Origin: Chlorokybus atmophyticus
Taxonomy: Eukaryota > Plantae > Mesostigma and Chlorokybus algae
Reading direction: 5' to 3'
NCBI GenBank assembly: GCA_009103225.1
Contig: RHPI01001202.1
Span: 243,206-307,205 of the forward strand
Length of the DNA: 64,000 nt
Shown here in pieces: positions 12,187 to 25,303 of the stretch. A program made the position numbers and the translations under genes. Each line of letters starts with the position of its first letter. Positions within the stretch are counted from its first letter, which is position 1. The notes below the pieces were generated by a model. That model did no database searches and was not told where the DNA came from. It was given only the letters and a program-made list of their open reading frames with translations.

Positions 12187-13738
12187 GTCAACCCCACTGT
12201 CATGTCAATGCGCTGCTGACGCAATAAGTACGAACGCCGTGTACTATCACCGTCATGTACGGCGTGTGTACACGTTCAGTACCGGTACATGCACAGTCCG
12301 ACCTGGCTACAAGCATAGTGCTACCCAGCTATAACGCTTATTGTTGAATTTGGTTGCGAAGCTGGTTTGAAGCGCAACTGACGTGCTTCACAAGTCCAGA
12401 TCGTATGGATCTGTGAACCACGCCAGTTGTAGTGGACCATACGGACGATGTTCATAAGACTGTTGAATTTTAGTTTGTAATGACAACCGCATCAGGCCTC
12501 TCAAATAAATAAACGCTTTCTTTAGTCATTCTTCACGAACGCAATACTTGATTACAATGACACATTGCAGTATCCCATGGCATACATATTGTTATGCTAT
12601 GCGTGCAAAATTGAGAATACCTTGCATTTTTACAAGCGTAAATGTGTGACGATGTAATATATTACTTGTGGCAATGATCCACGTTCATTGTAAATGGCAT
12701 TCAAGATACTACGTTGCAATCGTAATTGAAAAAACTCGTAAGGCTGTCGACATAAGACTTGGTATGTCAATAGCGCTCTTGCGACCAGAGCTAAAATACC
12801 GATAGAGCTCTTGCGATAAGAGCCAAGATTTTTAACAATGATTTGATCTCTAATGTGTCGAATTATTATGAGAGTTGATAGAATAAAAACCTATACTTTA
12901 ACGGTTGGGCAAGAAGTACTCCCCCCCTGCATGTCTCTGAATAATTATGTCGCTCTCTTTCGTGTTGTGCGCGCCGCATCTTTACAGGCTTACGAATGTT
13001 ATCAAGTATCCTCCATATTATAAGCATGTTAAAACTAGGCAAGCATGCTGTGATTAAGCGCATCGAGACAGATGTCGATGTGGAGAAGGCAAACATTATC
13101 CGATGTGGTATTGCAATCACGCATGCGTACAAAGGCACAATTATTCATGTTTATTATTGCAAGTACTTGCATGTACATGGCATGTATATTTTTACAGCTG
13201 TACCATAACCATGCCATAATCATGGTAACGAAAGATTGAAATACATGTAAAAATGTCATTTCAACAAATTGATACATGACCAACCAGTATTTGTGCTTGT
13301 ATAGGTAGCGTTACAACATGTTTTAAGTGAGTTTCATATCGCAGTCAGAGGTTTACATCACCCTCCAACACAAGCCCATTCCCTGTTATATGTGTGAAAT
13401 GACATTACATAATAGTATGATCATATGAGTATATATATACTGATCAACCTCGTTAGTGTACATGTGTTGCATTGCAAATACATATATAGTATCTATGGTA
13501 CATTGTAAAAGCGTGCACAACATGTCATAGCTTATGCTTAAAACATTGCCATATGTTTGAGTAATGAGTATGCAAATGAATACGACACGTGTTTGCTCAG
13601 CGACCATAAACTTTGCTACTTCACGATCATGCTGCTACAAGGCCAATTGTCATTTATGTTTGTAAGTTGGCATGTGTTTATTCCATCATAAACTAGATTA
13701 TGCTCCGCTGACAATTGTAAGATGCAATTGCAGGTGTA

Positions 13739-13810
13739 ACAAACCACTAGGCCACAAAAGCATGAAGTGTGTGTTGCGGCTATTGTGGCGTTATTATTCG
13801 GCTGTTGACC
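13739..13810 (+). repeat. Dispersed repeat, second copy at ~15721-15790
   Basis: AACAAACCACTAGGCC(A/G)CAAAAGCA(T/C)GAAGTGTG..TGCGGC..TGG.GTTATTATT is shared by both copies. Confidence 0.75.
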
Positions 13811-14506
13811 ATGTTTGATGACGCAGTAACTATAGCGTGTAATCAATTAGCGTTACATGGTAAAGTGGATTAGTTAGAACGAGGGTGAGTAGTGGCGGCA
13901 TGTCTTTGGGGTATGGGGCCTGCCCCAACCTCGTACCGCCAAAAACGCGGCCGTTTTGACCACTAACTGTGCTGCAATTGCACCAAATCGCTAGCGATTT
14001 TGAATTGCCGTTAGCTAGCAGTTGCCGCCGAGATGGCTTTCAGTATCTTTTATGCATCTCTGCAATGATTGGCCAATTTTCTGTCTTTTTAAGCAACGGC
14101 TGTTGTCACCGTTGCGATCCCATTTGATCAAATTCATGTGACCAAATGGTGGCCTAACGATGCAATTTTTCGTTCAGTTGAATCTTAAAGTTAAGAGAAT
14201 TCAGGTTAGCATTATCTTAACGATTGTAACCTTGACATTACTTACTGAAATTCTTAGCACGTACCGTGGCATACACGTTACGTTGATTATTATGCTTTTT
14301 TACGCTTAACTGCAGGTTGCTAGCCATATTGCACCATATTGCACCATATTGCAACAGATGTGCTTCATTTTGCAACACATCAGCGATGTCAACATGTATC
14401 ATTGTATCTCCATATTTATCAATACACATAAAAATGATCAATATGCAGCCATAGGCGGCCACGTATTGTGCTTAATTTTACAATTTCTGGCATGCGTTCA
14501 AAACAA

Positions 14507-14668
14507 TCGAATGGGCTTTGGACGGCCAGGTTCGTTTAGGCAGATTTAACGGTGTAACGCTTGTACTCGCCGCCTAGCCAATGAGAAGCCGGGCCGCACA
14601 TACTGCCGCGCAGCCCGGCAGTCGCGGGTGCCGTGTGATGGCCCGATCAAACAGCCGCACCATTTGAT
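14507..14668 (+). repeat. GC-rich dispersed repeat module, copy A
   Basis: GCCGCCTAGCCAATGAGAAG..GGGCCGC..CGCAGCCCGGCAGTCGCGGGTG also occurs at 15140-15365 (+) and 48355-48500 (-). Confidence 0.85.
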
Positions 14669-15139
14669 ATCTCCGCACGTAACGTGGCAGAAACGTTAGT
14701 ACTTAATGTATTATCTAATACATGTGGGACATGTTCAGATCATATAAGCGATGTGAAACTATGAACATATTATGTATAAAGGATTGCATGTATCATACAT
14801 GTCATGCATACAAATTGCCTATATACATAACATTCTATGATTATAGTATTATATGCATATAATGTGTATATTGCTATGCATTGCTATAATATATGTGCAT
14901 ATCTTGTCAACTATATGAGATGTAATATAATATATGTATATGTATAATATAAGTTTACTCATATATAAGTGCGCATATATCATGTATAGTTTGCGCTTAT
15001 GATACATATACACATTTGGAATATTATTCATTACAATGCATAATACTATATGTAGTCATAATTGCATATAGCTATTAAGGTCATCATATATAAAGTATAT
15101 ATCATTCGCATACATTTTGAGCAGTTGCATGACATGGGG

Positions 15140-15365
15140 ATGAGCTTTGGACGGTCGAGATTTGTTTTGATAGATCGAACGGCCGATAGCTAATTATTGC
15201 CGCCTAGGCAATGAGAGGCAGGCGGGCCGCGCATACCGCGCAGCCCGGCAGTCGCGGGTGCCGTTTGTCACTGGGCCGTCGTGCGTGGTGCGCGTGTGTC
15301 TTGTGCCCTAATGCCGGCCGGCCGGCCCAATCACACGCCCAATCAGCCGCACCGCTAATTTGATG
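15140..15365 (+). repeat. GC-rich dispersed repeat module, copy B
   Basis: GCTTTGGACGG..GCCGCCTAGGCAATGAGAGGCAGGCGGGCCGCGCATACCGCGCAGCCCGGCAGTCGCGGGTGCCG, homologous to 14507-14668. Confidence 0.85.
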
Positions 15366-17401
15366 GTCCGTGACATTCCCCCGCACGTAGGTATCTAATA
15401 TCCTCATTAGATGTGAGTTTTTACAGGGCTTCTCGTCACTGAGCAGTGGAAGGGATTGCAATTATCACTGAGCTGTCGCAGCGCGCATTGCGCCGCTGAA
15501 TGACCGACTGGCCGCCGTCAGATAAGTCGCGCGGTACTACCCAGCGGCGGCTCCAGGTACGCGCGACGCGTTAAAATGTCCGACTGCCGTCCGGCAAGTC
15601 GCGCATTGATGCGCGACCCATCATATATTGATAACAGCGACCTCAAAACTCCTTCTTGGTCTACCGCCAGGCGGTTCCGGCCTCAGGACCTTTTCGGTCT
15701 CAAGCTCCGATGACCAATGCAACAAACCACTAGGCCGCAAAAGCACGAAGTGTGTTTTGCGGCCACTATGGTGTTATTATTTAGTCGTCCGTGACAGCAG
15801 GATTGCATCAAATGTTATCATTGAGGCACTATACTTTTCGCATAATGCCTTTGAACTCTGCTTTCATTTGTGCACGTTAGCATTGTCAATGTTGCATTGA
15901 TAGTACGATTTTTTCACAACCTTGTGATCTTAACAGCTGAGTGTTTTATATTTCATGTTTATTACAAAATAATGTACATGTAGTTTAAAAATTGTTATAG
16001 CCATCATTACGCCGTTTTTTGGGGGGGAGGGGGGACACAACACATGTGCGCGCACGTTACATGCATATTATGAAGATACAGATTTATTGCCCAAATAAAA
16101 GTCTTAAGTTGCCAAATCGTTACGTCAATAAATAAAGCATAAATGTTTCACACAACTTTGTATGCCTTGATTGCTGGCCATATAGGCAGTATCCGTATCT
16201 GTTTCGATTGTTCTATACTATGTATACATATGATGTGGTTTGTCATATATTTAATACGAATTGCATTTACTTTGATGTAAAGCGATACTCTTATATCGGA
16301 TTTTACTCGGTCAAATATGGCATTATTAAAAACAAGCCACAAAATACCATACTTTAGCGTTTGCAACACTGTGATTACATTGTATTTAACAATAAATGTG
16401 CAAACTAGAGATGCTAGCCGCAGTTACAAAGTTCAGCAACATTATTAAATCTCAACATACTGTAAATCTTTCGACATAAACATGCTGAATAAGGTATACG
16501 AATATGCTGCATAAGTTGCGGTTAATACATTCATTGCAAGCCTTCATTGGCAAAGTGTGTTTATGTTTATATAATATTCTGCTAATATTATGCCACGTAT
16601 GCGCAAAAATGTAATCTGTCCATGTTTCGTTTTCTTTTGTGAGCTTGTTGCTTAGCAAGCGCGTGCGTGGGGGATGCGCAACTTGATTACGCAATGGACG
16701 TCCATCTTATCACATGCCAGACCTTGTTGAAACTGCCACATGGCAGATGGGCATTCTTACTACGAGACCTTGATTTAAAGCCCACCACTGATGCATGGAT
16801 GTATGGGTGTTCATAGTGCCAGTGTTGTTCGTCATGTGCACCCGCATACGGCTAATCAACTGGCTGCGGGCTGCTGTGTGGCAGAGACCCTACAATCACC
16901 AGAAACGTAAAGGGCTGCTGCGCACTTCATCATCCCAGCGACGGCCACATCGGCGAAGGAGGAGGACCAGGACAAGAACATGAAGAAGAAGGAGGGCGGC
17001 GATATTCTAATGGTGCTCTCGACCGAGCTATTGATGCACATCATGCTGCAGCTGGTAAGCCTGCATGACGTAGCGGCGCTGTCTTGCACGTGCAAGACTG
17101 CCGCCGCCGCTGGGTGGTGGGACCAGGAGCTGTGGCGGTTGCTGGAGGAGGAGCGGGAGGGGCGAAAGGTGGGCCCTAATGACATGCCGCTCTTCGCCAA
17201 CAACATCTGGTACGCCAGTGACAGACAAGCACATGCACAAGGGCGAGTCCATCTGGAGCCACCTGGTGTGTGCTAGTTTTAAAGTTCAAACTGTGAACAT
17301 GGTGGGAAGAAGCGAGTCAGAAAAGGACGCTATGGGGTGTGCTGGCAGATTGCCATTGACAATGACTTCCCTCTAGAACCTAAAGTAAGTACTGTACCAA
17401 A

Positions 17402-17453
17402 TTGGAATAGATGCCTTCAAGCTTGGAATCAAGCTTGAAGGCATCTATTCCAA
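17402..17453. repeat. Perfect short inverted repeat (24-bp stem, 4-nt loop)
   Basis: TTGGAATAGATGCCTTCAAGCTTG-GAAT-CAAGCTTGAAGGCATCTATTCCAA; the arms are exact reverse complements. Confidence 0.95.
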
Positions 17454-17589
17454 CCTGCAACGCCTTTGGCTTGCATGCTCTCTGATGTCGCTGCTTCTCT
17501 TTGGCAGGAATACTGTGTGGCCAGTTCTGCTGTAGTCTCCATGCAATGTAATGCATGCCTGCAACTGAATCTACAGTGCCGTTGCCTGC

Positions 17590-18469
<880 letters not shown>

Positions 18470-19197
18470 CAATTTGTGCGTCCAAGCATTGCTTTGAATT
18501 GGCACCACTACACCACGCAAAACATCTCGCAATCTGTCGTGTCAGTCTTTTACAAGGATGGGCTCATTGGAATGAGTCACAACACATGTCTGTGTATTGT
18601 ACGTTCAGCAAATGATGGTCAAAGTGCACGATCGGAACGGCCAAGTGTCGAACGCGGATAAATCAACCTTACAAATGAAGCCATACTTCTGGCGCGTGCG
18701 CGAGCACGAAAACAACTACTTTGACGTTGTGGTGGGTGAGCTCGTTGTGCACCAGTTGCGCACGTTCGCGCACTACCCTTTATAGAGGCACGGATCCAAA
18801 TAGAAATGGGGGTTGCATATTGACCCTCCCTCTTGGGCCAGCTAGACAATGAGGACATCGATTGTCTTCAAATTGGGGAGCCACAAAGATCCCGCTGTAC
18901 CCCTAAGAGCCCCTAAAAGCCCGGTGTAGTAGAAAATAAGCTGAGTTCATATCTGGCAACGCAATTAAAATTCTCAATTCGACAGACAAAGAACCGATTA
19001 TAATAGCAAATAAATAGACGTATACAGCAGGTCTCGCAAATCTTATAATAAGAACCGCATGCAATTCATAAGCAGCAACGCTATAAAATAGAGCCAGATT
19101 GCAGTGCCGATAGTCGCAGAGCAGTAAACATTGGTATCATATTCACGCATATCTGAACAGCAGTGAAGACACACACTACACACCAGGTGGAGCTGTA

Positions 19198-19241
<44 letters not shown>

Positions 19242-19481
19242 TGAGTTTGAGTGTAAGTATGCCAATGTCAGTGTATATAGAAGTGAAGGGATGATGCGAG
19301 AGCGTGTGAGTGCATGATATTGTGTTGCAGTGCGGGTACGTGACGGCGGAGTCGCTGTGTGAGTGTGTGGGTTTGTGGTAATGGTGTCAGCCATTGTGTG
19401 CGTACTGGTTGTGTCGTGTGACATCAGGGACCAGCACATCCCCATGTACAAGTGTACCCAAAAGTTTATAANNNNNNNNNN

Positions 19482-19520
<39 letters not shown>

Positions 19521-20062
19521 TGTATGTATGTATGTACAGCAAGGGGTGAATACACTGATAGCAATGTGACTCCCAGTTGACATGCCACGTCATGCATAGT
19601 GTGCATGCCTTACGCGAAGCATGTCGTTAAATTGTTGATTGCCGCTTATGCGCTTCTTGCGTTTACAAAAAACTTGTATTTGTGGTTCAACGTTGTGGTT
19701 ATCATGAATCAGTATCTCCCTTCGTAAACCAATGATTTTAAGCATGTGACAAAGACCGTGCAACAAAGTCATGAGCTAGTGTGCAGCAATCTTGACTGAC
19801 TGGCTGGCTGTGTGCTTCGCTTGTCACAGGCATGGGCATTAGCATTGCACACATCTCTGTACACCATGACTCTCAATGATTGAGTGAAATCGCATGCTAC
19901 ACGCAACCTGCATTAACCGTTGCAAGTGTTGTTAAATCTAGCAACTCACAAGCAGTTGTAAGTATGCATGAACATGGCATCAAATTATATGCACTAAGTG
20001 TGGCGCAATTTGCTATGCTCAGTATTGAACCCAACAAGCAGCTGTTGAGAAAGAGACACCAA

Positions 20063-21170
20063 TCACTTCTTGTTGTCCTTGTTGTCCTTGTCCACGTTCT
20101 TCTTCTTGTTTCCCCCGAAGAGGCTCCCAAGCTTCCCCAGAATGCTCTCCTTGCCGGCAGTGTCGCTCTCATCAACGTACCCCTCATCTACGTACGGCAG
20201 TTGTAGATCAAACCTCTCACCCTGCGCATGACACAGACGCGTGCGTGCGTGAGTGCGCATGCGCGTGTGCACATGAGCGCGTGTGACTTTGGGGCCAAAG
20301 TGCACCAGACACGAGTGAGATTACCACTGTCACCATCAGCAACATGCACATGTTGGTGCTTGTGTACTTACTCCGTCGTAGTCGGGCAGGCCGAAGGGGG
20401 CCTGGGGGATGATAATGTTCCAGAGTTTGGCTGCGGGGTCGGCGGGCTTGTCAGCCTCCCGTCGGGCGCGCTTCTCGTCATCCACCTGCTTCCTGTACTC
20501 CTTGTCGTTCATGTACCGCGTCACCTCCGCCCTCCTCTCGTCCACCTTGTCGTTGTTGGATTCAGTACCAACACAGCCGCACGCAAGCATGCAAGCATGC
20601 ACGCGAGCGCAGACAAGCACACAATTACGCACCCACAGTCACGAACACAACTGCACCCATGCTCGCGCGCGCACATACACACGCCACGCGTGTTCACACA
20701 CGCCACGCGCTCGCTCACGCATGGTTGTGAATACATACACGAACAAACACGCGCATGATCACCTTCTGGCGCGCACATACACACGCCACGCGTGTTCACA
20801 CACGCCACGCGCTCGCTCACGCATGGTTGTGAATACATACACGAACAAACACGCGCATGTTCACCTTCTGGCGGCGTTCAGCACTAAGGGATTTGTCGCG
20901 CCGGCGCTCAAGAATTTCCTGCTGGCGGCGGAACTGCTCCTCCTCTCGCAGCTCCTTAGCGCTCTTCTTCCTCTCACCCCTGTTGAGGGTAACAGACTTC
21001 CTTCATTGTGCAATCAGCGGGCAGGCTTTGTCAGTTGGTGACTTGCGAAGGCAATATACACACCACGAAACCACTGTTCCGTGAGCAGTCAAGTGTGCAT
21101 GCACAGCCTACGCCCACAAGTCTGTTCCACACGACATTGTTGACCCTTGACTCATTTTGTCACCGGCTGT
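20063..21170 (-). CDS. Hypothetical charged/coiled-coil protein, multi-exon, 5' end unresolved (copy 1)
   Basis: In-frame spliced exons KSVTLNRGERKK..EEQFRRQQEILERRRD..RRQK|VDERRAEVTRYMNDKEY..IIIPQAPFGLPDYD|GERFDLQLPYVDEGYVDES..KK* with GT-AG junctions. Confidence 0.75.
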
Positions 21171-21180
21171 GCAAGTGCTG

Positions 21181-21509
21181 CGTCTTCTGCTAACAATGTC
21201 CAGTTGTGTGGGTGACAACTGCAGTGTTTGAATTGGAGCAGCGCTGTGTATCCTGCTTGACTCAAGTCTTACCTTTGACAAGGTTACGCGTCTTCTGCTA
21301 ACAATGTCCAGTTGTGTGGGTGACGACTGCAGTGTTTGAATTGAAGAAGCAACGCTGTGTATCCTGCTTGACTCAAGTCTTACCTTTGACAAGGTTATGC
21401 GTCTTCTGCTAACAATGTCCAGTTGTGTGGGTGACAACTGCAGTGTTTGAATTGGAGTAGCAACGCTGTGTATCCTGCTTGACTCAAGTCTTACCTTTGA
21501 CAAGGTTAT
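21181..21509. repeat. Three tandem copies of a ~110-bp unit (also at +5241)
   Basis: Units start at 21181, 21289 and 21400 (CGTCTTCTGCTAACAATGTCCAG...CTTTGACAAGGTTA). Confidence 0.92.
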
Positions 21510-21699
21510 GAGCGCACCTTATTTGAACAAGCACCAACGAGCAGCATGCCAAGGGACTACGCAGCCGCAGGTGGAGTATCTAGCTCAAAGCTACTGGAGG
21601 CAATGCCGCCAGCCACATGACAGATGCCGCCGCCGACGCCGCGCCGCCAATGAGTGATGAGGCGCAAAAGTGTCTCGGTAAAGGTGCCTGACTTTTCGC

Positions 21700-21772
21700 T
21701 GCGGACTATGTGGATCGAACACATGACCTTTAGATCTTCAGTCTAACGCTCTCCCAACTGAGCTAAGTCCGC
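21700..21772 (-). tRNA. tRNA-Phe(GAA): tRNA-Phe (GAA), nuclear type, no intron
   Basis: Reverse complement is GCGGACTTAGCTCAGTTGGGAGAGCGTTAGACTGAAGATCTAAAGGTCATGTGTTCGATCCACATAGTCCGCA. Acceptor stem, D loop, anticodon loop CTGAAGA and T loop TTCGATC all pair correctly. Confidence 0.97.
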
Positions 21773-22969
21773 GCTATTGGCGGACAGCGACTGACACCCG
21801 AGATGCTGCGTAACGCGATTGCAAGGAGTATATGGGTTACTAACGGGATACTATCTGGCGGCCAACTCTTGTGCTTCGTCCTGGACATACAAGCGTGACA
21901 ACCTACATGGACCTCACACTTGTACGCAACAAGACCCGACTAATTGAACAGGTGCGTGCAATTTTGTGTGACTGACACATGTGAGCGCCCTAGAAACGAT
22001 GTCAACACACAGCCAGTCCTCTCAGCCTTGACCTCAACAGTGCTGACAATGCTTGTGTGCACAAGACTAGCTAGGCTCAGAGCCAATCCCAACTCACCCG
22101 CCTCCAAACAGGCCGCAGGAGGGTCGAGTGACCTTCGGCGACGCTGCTATGCCCATGGGCACCCGCAACTCACCACGCACCGCCCCCAACACCGCCGCCG
22201 CCGCCGCCACCGTCGCCGCCATGCTTACCGACGCCTTCCACAGTAGCACAGATATTTGCCCAATTGCTTACTCAGAACTGGATTTAGGCACAGTGACGCG
22301 CGGTGTGAGCGCACAGGGGAAGACGCGGCAGGGCAGCGATTGAGGACTTGGTGGCTTTCATGTGTCTGTGAATTTCTGAGCGGCTAAGCGCATGCTGGTG
22401 ACGGATTCTGCTGTGTTCGGTGGGCCTGCCAGGAGTCCTTCCCCAGCCTTGCGTCTGTCAGCTTCAACACTTGGCACACTTGTTGGGATGAGCACTTGTT
22501 GAGATGCAATTGGACGCCATGCAAAAACTCACAATTAGGCTGAACCAAGGCTATGGGACGCAACGGAACAGAACAAAATGTGAGCATAGAGCTTCTTGTG
22601 CTATTCTTTACCAAACTCAACATGGTAAAAATAAGCTTTACTTCAACAGAATTAACGGATCGCGTAGTCCCCTTGAACCAAGTTCATGCCAATCACATCT
22701 TTGCAAAGGTGAGCAGATTTTGCAAACATAAGCTATGTGCTAATTGTTTTTTATCATAGCGCATCCATTGTAATGTGCCCACACGCACAAGTGCGACAAG
22801 TCAAATATCTTGCGTCCGAGCTTCACAACCGCTCAATTCACAAGCGATATATGATGATACCAGTGCAGACCCACTCAACTGGTGAGTACATGTCACTCTG
22901 GGTTCAATGTACATACAAGACTAGCACTGCAAAACTCAACTCCATGCTCTATGAAGTCTGACGTTGTTC

Positions 22970-24068
22970 TCACCAGCGTTTAACCAAAGAAGTCAACAGC
23001 TGCCACAAGCACATGTCAGCCCAAGTCAAAGCAGCAGTCACGTACGTTATCTTGAGTGCACTAACACACCTGAATAAACTCGAATGGGTTGCCCTTTCGG
23101 TTGCCACCCTTGGGTTTGGGAGCACTTGCAGCCAAGGCAGCTCGCCAGCCGACCAGAGTAACAAACGTGGTTGCGAGCGTGACGAGGACAAAAGGTTGGG
23201 CTGGCAGGTAGCCTTTGGTGGCACTGCGGATGAGCAGTCCAGCCTGTAGAAGCAGTTGGAGTCTCAGTAAACAGTTCTATTGTTGCAGAGGTGATAGCTG
23301 TTAGTTTCCATTCTGAAGTCGGTAGTTGAGTGTGGCTGAACATGCATGCCATACCGGGATGCCAAGGCCCCAAGTCTTGCCAGCAATGAGAACCGCCTGC
23401 CAGACATCAGATCCGCGCGCGCTCTTGCCATATGCACCAGTCACCGGTGATGCCAGCAACCACCCTGTTGTATAGGTGAATGCCTTTCAGTACAAAAACA
23501 ACCATTGACTGACACATAATTATCGAAGGTAAATGCAAAATCAGGAGCGTCGTCAACACCTGCGATGAAGGGTCCCGCCGTTTGCAGCACATCCCAAGGA
23601 GCGAGGCCCTCGCCATGGCTACTTCGCCCAATGGCCGCAAACAGCAGCAAGAACCCAACATCTCCTATCGCCAGTACCGCTTGTCGCCTGATATCGCAAG
23701 AGCACACCATGATTGAGATCATAACAGCTAATTCAAGGCTGCAGCAACATGTACACGCACCCGAGCACATCTCGTTCCTCTCCTTTGTCTACGCCAGCAA
23801 CTCCTTCCCACGCCTTCTCCTCCCGCTCCACGCGCACCACGCGAATAGGCTGCTGTTGTTGGGTTGAAGATGGGCTCTGTGCTGGAGTTGTCTCTTGCTG
23901 CGTAGACGGCGAAGACGGACTCTCGGGGCCTGCTGAAGCCGCGACGCGGCGTGACCAACGGGCAGCACGATGCCGTAAACCTGATGTTGATGCTTGTTGC
24001 TTGCTTGCGTGCGGCCAACTGCAAATGCGCAAGCTGCTGCTCTGCAATGCCTGCTCACATGGCTGCAT
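22970..24068 (-). CDS. DUF3054-like membrane protein, probably plastid-targeted (copy 1)
   Basis: Ser/Arg-rich N-terminus, then LAIGDVGFLLLFAAIGRSSHGE..VLQTAGPFIAG, GLLIRSATKGYLPAQPFVLVTLATTFVTLVGWRA, GNPFEFIQ|LLTSLVKRW*. Confidence 0.82.
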
Positions 24069-24713
24069 CAGCTACGCAGTACTACACTGAAATTGTTCTC
24101 GCTCACACAGGCCGCGGGATGATATTGTAAAAGCGACAGGCAGACGTTGCAATATACTGCGCTGGCAGAGTTTGGGAAAGAGATTGTTTATACGTCTGCA
24201 TGACAACCCAACTGCTATGACAATCGGGACTGCAGTGCATAAGCATGCCACAACATTGCATGTTTCAGCAGTGCCTCGCCTATGTTTAAAAACTACGTGT
24301 ACCATAAGAACCTACACCAGCACTGTTGTTGTATGTTTGTAGGATTAGGGTAGCGCAGTGGCACGATGTGGCGCAACGTGGGACGCTTCTGGAGCTCTCT
24401 CACTTATTGAGATGACTCGGCTGGCAAACCAGCGTCAGAACTGCTTGCTGACGANGTGTGTGTGTGTGTGTGTGTGTGTGAATGTGAGTTTGAGTGTAAG
24501 TATGCCAATGTCAGTGTATATAGAAGTGAAGGGATGATGCGAGAGCGTGTGAGTGCATGATATTGTGTTGCAGTGCGGGTACGTGACGGCGGAGTCGCTG
24601 TGTGAGTGTGTGGGTTTGTGGTAATGGTGTCAGCCATTGTGTGCGTACTGGTTGTGTCGTGTGACATCAGGGACCAGCACATCCCCATGTACAAGTGTAC
24701 CCAAAAGTTTATA

Positions 24714-24761
<48 letters not shown>

Positions 24762-25303
24762 TGTATGTATGTATGTACAGCAAGGGGTGAATACACTGAT
24801 AGCAATGTGACTCCCAGTTGACATGCCACGTCATGCATAGTGTGCATGCCTTACGCGAAGCATGTCGTTAAATTGTTGATTGCCGCTTATGCGCTTCTTG
24901 CGTTTACAAAAAACTTGTATTTGTGGTTCAACGTTGTGGTTATCATGAATCAGTATCTCCCTTCGTAAACCAATGATTTTAAGCATGTGACAAAGACCGT
25001 GCAACAAAGTCATGAGCTAGTGTGCAGCAATCTTGACTGACTGGCTGGCTGTGTGCTTCGCTTGTCACAGGCATGGGCATTAGCATTGCACACATCTCTG
25101 TACACCATGACTCTCAATGATTGAGTGAAATCGCATGCTACACGCAACCTGCATTAACCGTTGCAAGTGTTGTTAAATCTAGCAACTCACAAGCAGTTGT
25201 AAGTATGCATGAACATGGCATCAAATTATATGCACTAAGTGTGGCGCAATTTGCTATGCTCAGTATTGAACCCAACAAGCAGCTGTTGAGAAAGAGACAC
25301 CAA

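Noticed and set aside
12866-16694. Many short ORFs in the AT-rich 12.9-16.7 kb tract (similarly 49.8-51 kb and 60.2-61.5 kb)
   Set aside because: No recognisable motifs or consistent exon structure; composition looks like non-coding repeat-derived DNA.
21181-21509. Tandem ~110-bp units considered as a CRISPR-like array
   Set aside because: The whole units are near-identical with no unique spacers, in a eukaryotic context with no cas genes.
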